In this document: positions 26,832-38,166 of the stretch, piece after piece
How positions within the stretch are numbered: position 1 is the stretch's first letter
How the letters are laid out: each line of letters opens with the position of its first letter
Assembly: GCA_003693705.1 (NCBI GenBank)
Contig: RBZT01000313.1
Span: 62,001 to 126,000 of the forward strand
Direction: 5' to 3'
Source of the DNA: Polymyxa betae A26-41
Taxonomy: Eukaryota; Protista; Endomyxa: Phytomyxea
Length of the DNA: 64,000 bases
Position numbers and translations under genes: made by a program
Notes under the pieces: model-generated
Told to the model about the DNA's origin: nothing
Database searches by the model: none
The model's input: only the letters and a program-made list of their open reading frames with translations

Positions 26832-27368
26832 CTAGCTGGGCTGGCTAAGATCCTCGTGTTCATCGCCTTCCCGCTCAATCACCGGTAAGCTTAAATGTCT
26901 AGAAGGCGTTTTCTTGAAATGCCTTGGAGAATCTCTCTCTGTTGAATCCTCAATGGACCTTGTTCCCAATGAATTTCCGAATGCTCGTACAGTTAGCTGT
27001 CCATCTGGTGTTGACTCTCGCCAAGATTGCATTGAGTGCATGCGATGAACAGACGCAGGCCTTGTCATGAATCCCGAATGGCTGTACCTCGCCATTTGAG
27101 AATCATCAGAATCAATGGCTTTGCTTAATCTCATCTCCGGGTTAGTTGGCAACCATGACATGCTACCATGCGATTCTGAGCGAGAATGGGTTCGCATTTG
27201 AGACCCATGTCTTGAAAGCCTAGTGAAAAACCCGGAATAGCTGTATCGAGCATACTGGGAACATTCACCCTCCGATGTCTTATTAAATCTTTTATCAGGG
27301 CCTTCGAGAACTTCTTCAGCGTTGTAAATCTGATGCGGAGGCTTATAACATGAGAGGCTTAATCCCAT
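26832..27368 (-). CDS. Hypothetical intronless Ser/Arg-rich protein with N-acylation motif
   Basis: The first in-frame ATG gives MGLSLSC..., and a TGA lies just upstream of the TTG start used by the ORF track. 178 aa with an internal duplicated motif. Confidence 0.6.
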   Translation of the reverse strand: MGLSLSCYKPPHQIYNAEEVLEGPDKRFNKTSEGECSQYARYSYSGFFTRLSRHGSQMRTHSRSESHGSMSWLPTNPEMRLSKAIDSDDSQMARYSHSGFMTRPASVHRMHSMQSWRESTPDGQLTVRAFGNSLGTRSIEDSTERDSPRHFKKTPSRHLSLPVIEREGDEHEDLSQPS

Positions 27369-27975
27369 AAACCGGGGTGGCCTGGGAAAGGCCAACGCGC
27401 TTCGTCACCTAGGTTGTAGATTTTCTAGCATGCGAAGATTGTTGCATATTCGATCCGGTACTATGATCGCGCTGGGCAAAAACTGCAGTGACTCCAGAGA
27501 ATTATATTCTATTAGGTATACGATTTTATTTTGTGTGATCAAAATATAACAACGGTCGAGACTCGAGACGTCTTTAGCAATGGACTGTTCGTCACAGACG
27601 TCTTAATGCCATGTGCAACGGCAACATGCAGTCAGTCCAGTCATATGACCAATCTCAACATTTGGATACTTGTGCTTGCAATTTGCTGAACTGCCGAATG
27701 ATGATATCGAATATCCGGCAAGCATCGATTAGACTGGTGGTGATGCAGTCGGGTATCATTTCTGAGTGAAAACTCGGACATGCAAAAGTCGGAATGCTCT
27801 TATGAATCGAACAGTTGTTACCAGGAGGACAATCCATAACTTCGGGGGAATCTGAATATTTTCTTCAGAACCGATTGCTCAGAGTTCATCCAAATTCAGA
27901 ATTGAAGATCGTTCTTAAGGAAGTCACTTCGCTCATTCAGAAGCAGAAAGTCGCCCAGAAGCGTTTTTGTGAGAG

Positions 27976-29166
27976 CTATTGCATTGCACACGACTCCCCA
28001 ACATGAGCAGCAGCTGTAGTTGCAACTTGTCGTCGTAAGTGCGAGGCAATCGCTTGAATAGCGGCCAGATCACAAGATTCTATGGACGGCTTGTCATCGT
28101 GTGCTTTCGTACAGCTTAGTGGGCTTGGATGAATGCCAAGAATGGAATTTATAGTGACCGATACTTCATCCAAATCTCTCCAGATTTCATAGAGGTCAAC
28201 ATGATTGAATCGACCTTCCCCTTCAAGCCTCTTAAAATTCTCGTTTTCGTTAGTGCGTTGAGGCGGTTCGTTTTCGCTGTATCTCAGTCTTTGATACAAG
28301 TCTTCAATGAGACTATTCTGTCCTTGAATATGATCCGATTTCTCCTTTAGCTGATCATGTGAGGTGGCTAGCTGAGAGTCCAATTTCAATATTATGTTGT
28401 CTTTGGCCTCGATGGCAGCTTTTAATACATGCAATTCTTTTGAAAGACAAGAAAGTTTCATATCTTTTTCCTTGATGATCTCCAGTGACGATTCTGCTGA
28501 AGTTAATTGACTTTCTAAATCTTCTAGTCGGTTTTTAAGCTGTTCTCGATCTCTCATGATCGATGCCATTTGACCATTGTCCAGTTGAAGGACACGAGAC
28601 CGCTCGTTTCGCCAGTTTGATCTGAGAATCTCGATATCGGCTTTCATTTTGGCAATCTGGCTATGCAGAGATATCACTTGACTTTGAGAAGTCTCTAAAT
28701 CTTGCCTCGCTTTAGCGCTTGCTCGCTGCTCGCTGGTCAGCGCCGCTCTGAGCGTTTTAGTCTCCTCACTCAACTGGGATAATTCTCTCTGCAGCACATT
28801 CGAATATTGCTCTGCATGTTCTTCTTTCAGCAACAGCTCATTTTCCTTACCACGAAGAAATTCTCTCAGAGTTTGTTCTGTTTCAGATCTGTGTCTGAGA
28901 GCAGTTTGGTAGTCTACAATTTCCAAGCTTAACTGCTCGACTTTTGATTTAGCAGAAGCTAATTCCGCCGCTGCGAGATTGTGCTGCTCCTGTAAAGATC
29001 GTATCTGCTCATTGTACGATTCAAGCTGATGGTGGCTTTGAGTTCGTGTCTGATGCAGCTCAGCCGAGACTTCTTTCATTCGCTTGATGGCCTCAGCCTT
29101 CGCCAGCCTGACCTCCATGAGGTCTAGATTCAGCTGTGCTAGTTGTGTCTGCCATCTATCTGACAT
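27976..29166 (-). CDS. Long coiled-coil protein of unknown function
   Basis: Uninterrupted ~400 aa E/Q/L/K-rich heptad pattern. The first ATG (MSDRWQ) is at 29166, but an upstream exon is possible. Confidence 0.75.
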   Translation of the reverse strand: MSDRWQTQLAQLNLDLMEVRLAKAEAIKRMKEVSAELHQTRTQSHHQLESYNEQIRSLQEQHNLAAAELASAKSKVEQLSLEIVDYQTALRHRSETEQTLREFLRGKENELLLKEEHAEQYSNVLQRELSQLSEETKTLRAALTSEQRASAKARQDLETSQSQVISLHSQIAKMKADIEILRSNWRNERSRVLQLDNGQMASIMRDREQLKNRLEDLESQLTSAESSLEIIKEKDMKLSCLSKELHVLKAAIEAKDNIILKLDSQLATSHDQLKEKSDHIQGQNSLIEDLYQRLRYSENEPPQRTNENENFKRLEGEGRFNHVDLYEIWRDLDEVSVTINSILGIHPSPLSCTKAHDDKPSIESCDLAAIQAIASHLRRQVATTAAAHVGESCAMQ

Positions 29167-29385
29167 CAACTCTGGAACCGTATCAGCGATATTGGCAGAG
29201 GGCAGCGGAGCCCACAGCAACAAGACACTGGTGTTACGCTCCTCACGGAATTCATATAGAAGTATCTCAAATCTCACCTGATGATACTGTATCTGCAAAT
29301 TGACCTGTCGGTTTTTCTAAGAATAACTGATACTGGTAGTAGTCAAACATTGCAGTAAAGGAGTGACGTGGTCGATTGTAACATT

Positions 29386-30675
29386 TTAATCAGAAGACTG
29401 TCGTTTTGGTATTTGAACATTAACAGCGGAATTTCCCCATCCATTGAAAACAGTGACATTTAACAAAGGGGTATCTTTTCGTGTTACAGTCTTCAGTATT
29501 TCCTGCATTGAATTTCAGGAATTTGTGGTTCAAGAATTCACAAAGCTAACCTGACTCAACAAACCACCCATAACTGCAGCAGCAGGGGCGGCTTCAACTC
29601 TCCAGTTCTTAACGACTTTCAAAACCTCCTATAGAAACATCATCGGGCTGCTTTATAGGTGAAACCCTGATTACCTGTGAAGAGGGCGATTCGTCTGAAG
29701 CTAACTGCTCAGTTTCCCTTTGTAGCTCAATAAGCGCTGCAGAGTCAGACTCGTCTGGCCAACGGTCAAACTTTTCACGGAATGCATAAACTGAGGTTAC
29801 AACATTAGATTGAGAAGAAAATGAAGACAATTCCAGCACTGACTCAGACGAACAGAAGCGAATATAGATGCTTCCTTTTTACAACGACGCCCAAAAGCAG
29901 AGTACGTCTCAGCAAAAGAAGCTGAGAAAATATCTGAAATATTCGGAAAAACAATTTCTTCGTTTTTATGTTCATCAGCGGCGCCATTTTCGCCTGGAGT
30001 CGTTCTGTAGCGCTTTTGAAATAAGACGATAGCATCTTACAGATTTCTTACACCACGAACGCATGGTTGAATAGGTTTTGGCAAAAGAAGGCATCAAAAT
30101 TCATCGTTTCGCACATAAAAATTGCTGGACGTTGAGTTAGGGAATTCAGGCGTTTTTCTAACTCTTGAACCCAGCGAAGTGTTTGTCCAGAAACACAAAT
30201 GACCGCAAACTTGCTCCAAAATTCTGGAGTTTGTGAAGCAACATCAGATGTGACCGCCTCAACTTCGACATTCGGATTCAATTCAGAAATTCGAGGCACA
30301 ATAGCCTCAGCTTTCTGATTCGAACGTTAGCCAGAAAGAATGGAGTATTGGCAAACATTACATTCTTGCCAATATCGTCAGCGTTGAGAAGGTAATGTGA
30401 CGAGACATCTTCGTCTTTTGATAAAATAGAATCATCCCATACAGATAAAGAACCGATTCCAGCCAAAATCAGATTTTTGCAAATTTCTGATTGCAACGCA
30501 GTTATTCCAATAACTAGAATTTTACTGTTTCGCATCCTAAAATGCAGAATTGAAAATCGGCATACACAGTTCAGATAAATACGAACATGGTTTGAGCTTG
30601 AACGCCCCAAACACGGATCTGTCGATCGTACAAGGCGGCTTCATCCTCAGTAATGTCTCGTTTCTGTTCTGTCAT
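29386..30675 (-). CDS. SAE1: SUMO-activating enzyme subunit 1 (AOS1/SAE1); multi-exon
   Basis: ITEDEAALYDRQIRVWG, SEICKNLILAGIGSL, ELNPNVEV, and PAAAVMGGLLSQ|EILKTVT.KDTP. Confidence 0.92.
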
Positions 30676-30973
30676 TAGCCGTCAAACGGACTCTAGATGA
30701 TACTTAAAGAGCAAACAGCGAAATGACAGAACGAAAACAAAGCAGATTCTGGTAGGAATGCGGCAACATGGAATCTTGGTGGGCTGCGCCCGAGATCCCC
30801 CATCATTGTCCCATCTCTTTGTCTCGCCCTCTCTCTTTACATTCTCGGCGATTTGACTCCATTTGATACCAGTCCGGCGCTTTGTTCAAACAATACAGCG
30901 CTTACTGCTGGTTATCTAACGGTATCAAAGTGTTACGGTACCTCATTTTTTGACTGTTATTTATAGACCGGTA

Positions 30974-31231
30974 ATGTCCCCTCCGAATCGACTCGCATGT
31001 TTGTCTCTATATCGGCAGCTTTTGAAAGCCGGCAAGCAGTTTCATGATTTCAATTTTCGATCGTATGCATTAAGGAGGACTAAAGAGCGCTTTCGAGAAG
31101 CTCGGGGCGTCTCTCCCGAAGAAGCCGACCGCTTGTATGCCTGCGGCTTGCAAGAGCTAGAGGTTGTCAAAAGGCAGGCTACCCTCAACAAAATGTTCGC
31201 TCGAGGTCAAAGCTATGCTGATTTAGCCTAA
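30974..31231 (+). CDS. LYRM4: LYR-motif protein 4 / ISD11 (Fe-S cluster assembly)
   Basis: LSLYRQLLKAGKQFHDFNFRSYALRRTKERFRE...LEVVKRQATLNKMF. Confidence 0.92.
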   Translation: MSPPNRLACLSLYRQLLKAGKQFHDFNFRSYALRRTKERFREARGVSPEEADRLYACGLQELEVVKRQATLNKMFARGQSYADLA

Positions 31232-31766
31232 TATAGTATAGTTATAACAATTTACAAAGCGTTTTATTTGACTACCCTTCGTTACCATGTTTTATTTTAC
31301 AATTGCCGTATTGATAAGAAATAGAACTGCCAGTATTTGATAATTTTACGTATCCCAAAGAAAGGGAATTTGATAAACTGTACAGTAATATAAAGTAAAT
31401 ACAGTATGGACAAGACAGAGAACTCATTCTGCATAAAAAGTAGCGTAAGTAACTTCCTTCACGGTATTGGGCGGAGGAAGAATAAGCCTAAAATTAGTCT
31501 CGCGACTTTCCATCGGCCTGGTCACTTTGTACCTCGAGCCTGCTACAGTGAAACAATCGATCTCACAGGCAATAATTTTCCCATTGCTCGTCACTCCGGG
31601 GGTCGAAAGACTCTTCTGTCCGACTTTTCCTTATAACCCCGGCCACATCATTTCAGGCCGGTTTGGCAGCTCGGCCTACGTCACTGCATTGTTGCGTTTT
31701 TGGCACGCGCCGGTGTCGTTGATTGGTGATTAACGGTTTCATCAAAGCCTCAGTCAACATAGTGTT

Positions 31767-32416
31767 ATGGATCAGGAATCGCTAGTTTTCAATCCCCCAT
31801 CGCGCGAAAATCCAATCATCTACGCTAAGTCCTGGTTTGAATTGAAACAAACTGCTGTCAATGGAGGCGAACAAGCTGAGATGCCTCTTGAAGTATTAGC
31901 CGCAAGACTGCAACAATTGCACGTAAAGGAGATGCAGTTTGCTTTCTGGTGGTTTATTGAAGTTTGCTGCCAGATTGAGCGGAGGAAGGCCAAAGCTGCA
32001 GCCAAAGTTTCTGAGAATGCTAATATTTCCCAGTCGTCGGACGCAGAAGAAGACGAATTTGACGCATGCTTTGGCAGAGAATTGAGCTTCCTTTTAAATC
32101 AGTTACGGATACGGGATCTGGATATCAAAGAATTGCCTTTCATGCCATATATTTATTGAGCTTAACAACATTGAAGCAACCGCAAGCCGCATTTCAGATC
32201 TGATGAACCATTTTAGGTGAAAACTTTTGGTCATTGCCCATCTGCTGCAGCTTGTTGACAATGGTTCAAGTCGATTTCCAATTGATCTATAAACTTCTGT
32301 GTTGCGCGCTTTGCCATTCAACTTGCTGTGTTATTGATGACTTACACAATTTTAAATATGTTTTCGAGAGAACTATATCTTGGATTGAAGATCATCCTCG
32401 TGACGAAGTCGTTTAA
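31767..32416 (+). CDS. Hypothetical protein; exon structure and 3' end uncertain
   Basis: ATG-started protein-like ORF (MDQESLVFNPPSRENPIIYAKSWFELKQ...) with a plausible GT-AG intron at ~31923-31973 and an upstream ACGTCAC motif. The candidate last exon ends at 32416. Confidence 0.45.
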
Positions 32417-34685
32417 CAGGCGGAGTCGATCAGGATGATTTCGTCTCACAATCATTATGGGGCGAGACATTAAATTAAGAGCTACTTGCTTTTTGTTGTT
32501 ATCAGGAGAAATCTTATCGAAAGCATAGACCAGCGCTTCAACTAATTCGGGGTACAAGATATAAAGGAACATTTCAATTTGAAACCGACGAGGTGAAGTC
32601 ATGAGCAGCTGTGTTCCTCTCTCCAGATCAAGACAGCTTTCTAACTGGCAGAGAACTGCGGCATCAAAGTACTCTCCGTTTTGGCTTAACGATGTCATCA
32701 ACATTTCAAAATATGTTGGGTCAGTTAAAACTGGATTGTTGAGAAAATTTTCCTTGGACCCAACCCGAATTATAGTTAATAATACTCGAGTACAGTTTGC
32801 AAAATCTGACTCAGAATACAGAACGATTGCAATTGCTTTGAGATGGGTAATAATATCCGGTGAAACTGAAACCGAAGATATTAAAGCTCCTCGCAAGCAT
32901 TTCAGCACCTTTGCTCGAACGATCGTTGGGGGGATCTTTAGTTTTGTAAGCAAGCGCTTTACCTTGACATCAGCAAAACCAACTCCATATAAACTCATCT
33001 CGATATTTAGAGGTGACTGCTGAAGATTGTTTGCAATCAAGCTGAGCAATGCTGCGATAGAGAAAGCAGTTGATGGCGACGCCCGCACAAATCGTTCAAC
33101 AATGGTCGATTTGTCACTATCTAGTAGCAAACGTGCAAGCTTTTCAGGACATTTCTGGGCAATCTGAACAACACAGTCCAAAATATCGTCGTCCTTTCCT
33201 GACAGTTTTGATATAGGAATCAAGGATTGGCATTCCAGCTTGAAAGCAAATTCGATGCGTTCGACTAAGTCAGTTCGAGTATGAACCGAGGTGAAGAAAT
33301 TTTCAGGCAAGCCAGATGCAGGACAGTCGGTCTCGAGCATCATATCACGATTTGAAATAAGTGTTGCTAAACGGATCTAAAAGACGTCACGAATGTGGGA
33401 GATAGCAACAAAATTCAAACCTGTTCGGCCCACATTCGTAACCTTTCAACTCCTTCGTAACAAGCTAAAATATCGCTCGGATTGGTTTTCTGTAGTTCAT
33501 CTATGACCTAGGCAGAATTAATTAGGCAATACATCTTTCCCGAAAAAATACCAGATCGACAGTTCGGGTCAAATCGTCATTTTCAATGCCTTTAGAAGCG
33601 AGATCTCGGACGTCAATTGGCGTTGAATAAACCAGGAAGTCCCAAAGCGAACGAAAAACTGCATTGGCGAAAGTTGGATACTGAATGAAAAGCAGAATAA
33701 GAAAAGAAGCAAATTAATTGAGATAACAAACACACCACAGTCGAGGGATTGATCAGGCGAGCGACAAACGCAGATGCATCGTCCCCAGAAAGTACTGGAC
33801 TCTCACAATAGCCTGCTGCTTGAAGTAATGCCAAGAGTCGGGGTTTAGAAATACGCTTTTCAGGGTCCTGATGGGCTAGCTCTAACTGCTGATGGCAGAG
33901 ACTTGATTGATGTGGCAGCGGCTCCGAATTGTCATGTTGAGTGAAGAGAGCGATGGCCTTAACCAATAAGGCCTGCGCTTGGCTAGAATCTAAATTCTAA
34001 GAAAAATTACATTTCAGCATGTTTGAGATCGAGTTTCCGTACTAATAGATAGTATTCAGCCAATTCCATGGCAATACAGGCATTTGGTTGATTTTTGGAA
34101 ACAGTCTGGGCAAGGAAACTCAAAGCTGGAGGAAGCAGATCCTTTAGCGATTCTCGTGTGGTCCTAGAATCAGAGGTCGCAGAACGAACTATGTATCTAG
34201 CAATGAATTCGTCAAAAAAACAGCACGAAATATATAAAATAAGGGACCTGTAAATCTGTGTCATGCTGGGCCCTTCATGCTCGGTAATCGACAACCAATC
34301 CGAATTGGCGCTTTCAATTACTATATCATTCAACCGATGAATAATAGTTGAGCGATGCTCGAGCAGATCGGATTTATCTAACGACACATTTAAAGTGATC
34401 AAAACCTAAAAATCTTAAAAAGCGGTCATTTTGAAAGCAAAATGAGGCACCCACCTGAATTGCCATATCAATAAACACGAGCTTTGAATTTTGAAATTTC
34501 ATGGCGCGATCAAAGAATGCAGCAAGCAAATCGGTTGCGGTAGGAACAGCATGGTTCGAATGCAGTAAAAGCTGGAGCTAATCCAGACGATTAGATCACG
34601 GAAGGCGTCGGTCACCCATCTGAAACCGTACATGATTATCGAGCAGTCCAGGATCTCGATATGAAATGATTTCGAGACTGGCCAT
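32342..34685 (-). CDS. INTS8: Integrator complex subunit 8-like protein; multi-exon
   Basis: Spliced N-terminus ..LLDNH|L...PTATDLLAAFFDRA...MAIQ|VLITLNVSLD parallels INTS8 LLEKHL..P.PVQLIVQFLEQA..LALKVAAHLKWDLD. The C-terminus AAVLCQ...YILYPELVEALVYAFDK...KKQVAL parallels QVAVLCQF..YIWD.TILE.L.Y.H.K...KRQIA. Comparisons are from recall, not from an alignment. Confidence 0.65.
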
Positions 34686-35033
34686 CTCTATGCCCTGCTT
34701 CCTGTCTACTGGTAGACGTTCCCCTAAAGGAATCGGACCTCTCACAATGACCCATTTGCGGCGCGACCACCTGGTAACATTTCCATTTGGCTTTGAAACT
34801 CCAACTCTTCTGATGTCAATCATTTGCTCATTGCACCTTAATCTCGTGGTTCTGGCCTGAGCCGTGACCCATCGATTACCAAGAGCACTTCCAGTTATGG
34901 AGATTAATTTGAAGCCGTTTTTTTATGCCTACGTGTTTATTTGGTAAGCTTACTATTCATATTAAAACCGTTGGTGAGCTCTTCAGATGACCCTAGTATA
35001 TTCATACCAATTATAAGAGTCTGTGAAGAATAA

Positions 35034-36623
35034 TTAAACCGAGTCTTGTTCTTGTTCAATTTGCAGATTGGGAGGATCTGCGATGATATTTGCATCACCG
35101 AATTGAACTGTGTGGGTCGTTCCCGCTCCAGGTATTTGCCCATCTAGATTCGCCTTGCTTGTTTCTGCATTCACCGAGACTTCGTCAGCGCCAGCTTGAC
35201 TGTCTCCTTCCTCTTCTGCAACAGATTCAGAAATCCGTTTCTTTGCAATCGTTGTCGCAAAGTTCGCTTTGCTATCAAGACTGGGCTCGGCATCCATCAT
35301 GGTCGTACTGTATTGCGATACCAGACCAGTCTGGAATGAAATGTTATAGCTTTGCGAGAGACAAGCGATAATGTCGGTTTACCTTTCCTTTACGACCGCT
35401 GTTAAAGCTTTGCATTCTTGTTATTGTTCCGGTTAAAGGAGCAGCATTAGCTATACCGCCATTGATCCATGGGTGAGCTAAAAAGACTTCAAGGCTCATC
35501 CGCTGCGGGGGATCGAGTTTCAATAACGATCTAATTATCTGTTTTGCTTTATGCCATCACGGATCAGATAACTAAACGAAAACCGTCGACGTCGTTACTT
35601 ACGAGGTTCGCTTATGTCATTCCAAACTGGATCTTCGAAATTATATTCGCAATTTACGATTCTTTCCAGCAATTCAGGCTCTGGAAGATCGCCATAGTCA
35701 TCGAACGGGTGGTACTGAAATCATCAAGTCAGATTCAGTGCTTGGAAAACGATTTTCGTGTATTACTCCGCTCAATCTATGTGAAGCTGATCAGCTCTTA
35801 TGCTTAATAGTACGTGTTGGTTTGGAAACTTACAAGATAAACATTAGGACTCCCAGCGTCCAGTTATCCACCAGGCTCGTATAGGGTTTTTGTTCGATGA
35901 CCTCAGGAGCTGAATATAAGTGAGTGAGCATTACAACAATATCGCTTCATTCACCGACCACAGTACGCCCAGGTCCCGCAAACTGTCAAGATATCGGTCA
36001 ACAGCCGAAATACTCTTCAGAACATGGGCTTACTTGTCTTCATGATGACCTGGTCACCATCCAAAATCTTCGACAATCCAAAATCGCCAACTTTCAGATC
36101 AGAATCGGCCATATTCGACACGAGCAGAATATTTTCAGGCTGGTTCCTCGTCATACATTAAGAAACAGGAAATGTGACTAAGTACCTTGAGATCCCGATG
36201 GGTCACCCCTTGTTTATGGATGTGATCTAAAGCTAATGCTAACTGTTGCAACGTTCTTCCGGCATCCTTCTCAGAGTAGTTCCCGTAATCCACTATTCTG
36301 CTAAAAAGGTCGCCTCCCGTGCACAATTCCATAATCAAGAAGAAATTGTTGTCGTCTTCATGGACGGAAATCAGCTCGACGCAATGTCGATGCTTGCCGA
36401 CTCGTCTGAGGACGGCGACCTCTTCTCTCATCGCCATCGGGTTCGTCACCTTCCTCTTGTTGATGATCTTCACAGCGAACTTGTCACCGGTTTTTTTAGC
36501 AGTGCATATGTTAACCGTGGCGAAATGGCCTTTGCCTAGCTCGGGCCCTAGTTGAAACTGATCGTTGAACCCTTTGGGTTTACCAGCCGAGGTCGACCTC
36601 GCACATGAGAGCAAACTGCCCAT
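35034..36623 (-). CDS. CAMK-group Ser/Thr kinase with N-myristoylation motif; multi-exon
   Basis: LGKGHFATV, FAVKII, MELCTGGDLF, HRDLK|PEN, ADFGLS, CGTWAYCA, LLSGYHPF and HPWI. N-terminus is MGSLLSC. Confidence 0.95.
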
Positions 36624-38166
36624 TCCAGTTTTTAAGCTCACACGAAATAAGATATTCAGGAGCTACCGAAAATGAGCATGTGTACCGAAAACCTTGTAAT
36701 ATCTGCTGACGAATCGGTTTAGTTTCAAAAAATGCTGATAATCTATTCTTCGTTATTTACTGATTGTAACCTAAACATCTGTTGACGATGGAATGCCAAA
36801 CAGCTTCAACAATCAGGACATCATGAGTCTATCTGATGAACGTTAACGACAACTGGAAGAAAAATCGCTGCACTTTAAGTTGTCAAACTGTGATAAGTTG
36901 ATCCAATTTGCTCTTCAACTTAAATGAAGAAGTTTTCTGCGATTCTCTTGATTCTTGTATAGTCGTCGAGGAACGAGTCTTGTTCCGTGTCGTTTCAAAG
37001 TTCCATGATATATGTGCATCTTGGGACATTGTCCAGGGCGAGTTCGGGAAAGACTTTTATCCACAATTAAATACATTCCTATAGACTACTGGTTCTGCAG
37101 AAACCGTAAAACTAACGGACAGGTCTTTTTGTCAAGGCGCATGGTAGATACATAGATAGTTCGATTGCATTGCAAATTGACAAAAGGCAAAATACGCTGC
37201 CAACCAGAACGATCGCGAATATGGAGATCAATTCGAACCATCGCAGTCAACTGAACTTTTCGGCTCTGCCTCTTCTGCAGCAACGTCTTCAATCATATCG
37301 TCTGGTGTGTGCCGGAACCCAGCCCAGATGCGGTTAACGCCCGCTGCATTGACATTGTCGTCTTAATGTCATTCTTCTAGTGATGCATCCTTGAAGAATG
37401 CGAAAGAGAGCTGAGCCTGACATCGATTTGAATGCTGTTATGCGGGCTGAAATCGACCATCGACGGGAGGAAGCCCGTTCGCGTTTTGATAAAGAAATGA
37501 CCGCTGTTTTGAAGAGAAAATCGCAGATGTGCATGCAGGCGAAAGCCGTCCGGACACTTCTGCTCAACTAACCGGGTCGAAGCGAAAATCCAGCCCCCGC
37601 GTTCCTCGCCGAGACCCTTCAGCTGAAACATCAGAAGAGGAAAATTCAAATACAGAATGTTATTTGAAGATAAAAAAATTTAGTCTTAGTTCGGGATTTT
37701 GTTCTGACTTTCAGAAGCTAAATTAAATCTGCGACCGACACCTCGAAAATTCGTTTGTAGTCACGGTCGACTTTCGCAGCCGTCCAATTGTCAGTGAAAA
37801 TGCTGTATCGACCTCCATAGTGGATATAGACACAAATCATTTCCTGAATTGCTGTCCCTGGAAAGAAGCGCCGAGATCATTACCACCCACCAGAGGCATG
37901 AAAGAAGAAGCAGTTCACTAATGTATTCGAACGGCCCGAGTCCAATCAGTCCATCAACTCCATACTCCAATATCCAAGTCGATTACAGATGTAGGGGAGA
38001 TAGAATCTTTTATGACAGATGGATAATGGCGCCTAAACCAAGCGTCGCAGCGCAATTCATGGTGTCATTGGGGTGTTAGATAGAGGCCCCAAGACCCCAA
38101 GCTCAAGTGCATCTATAATTACAAAACCTAGGCTGTCTCTCATTCCATTAGTCGCTGCATTTCATC

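Noticed and set aside
31830-31845. SWFEL in the orphan gene next to INTS8, resembling the missing WFEF motif
   Set aside because: It is a short match on the opposite strand in an unrelated context, most likely chance.
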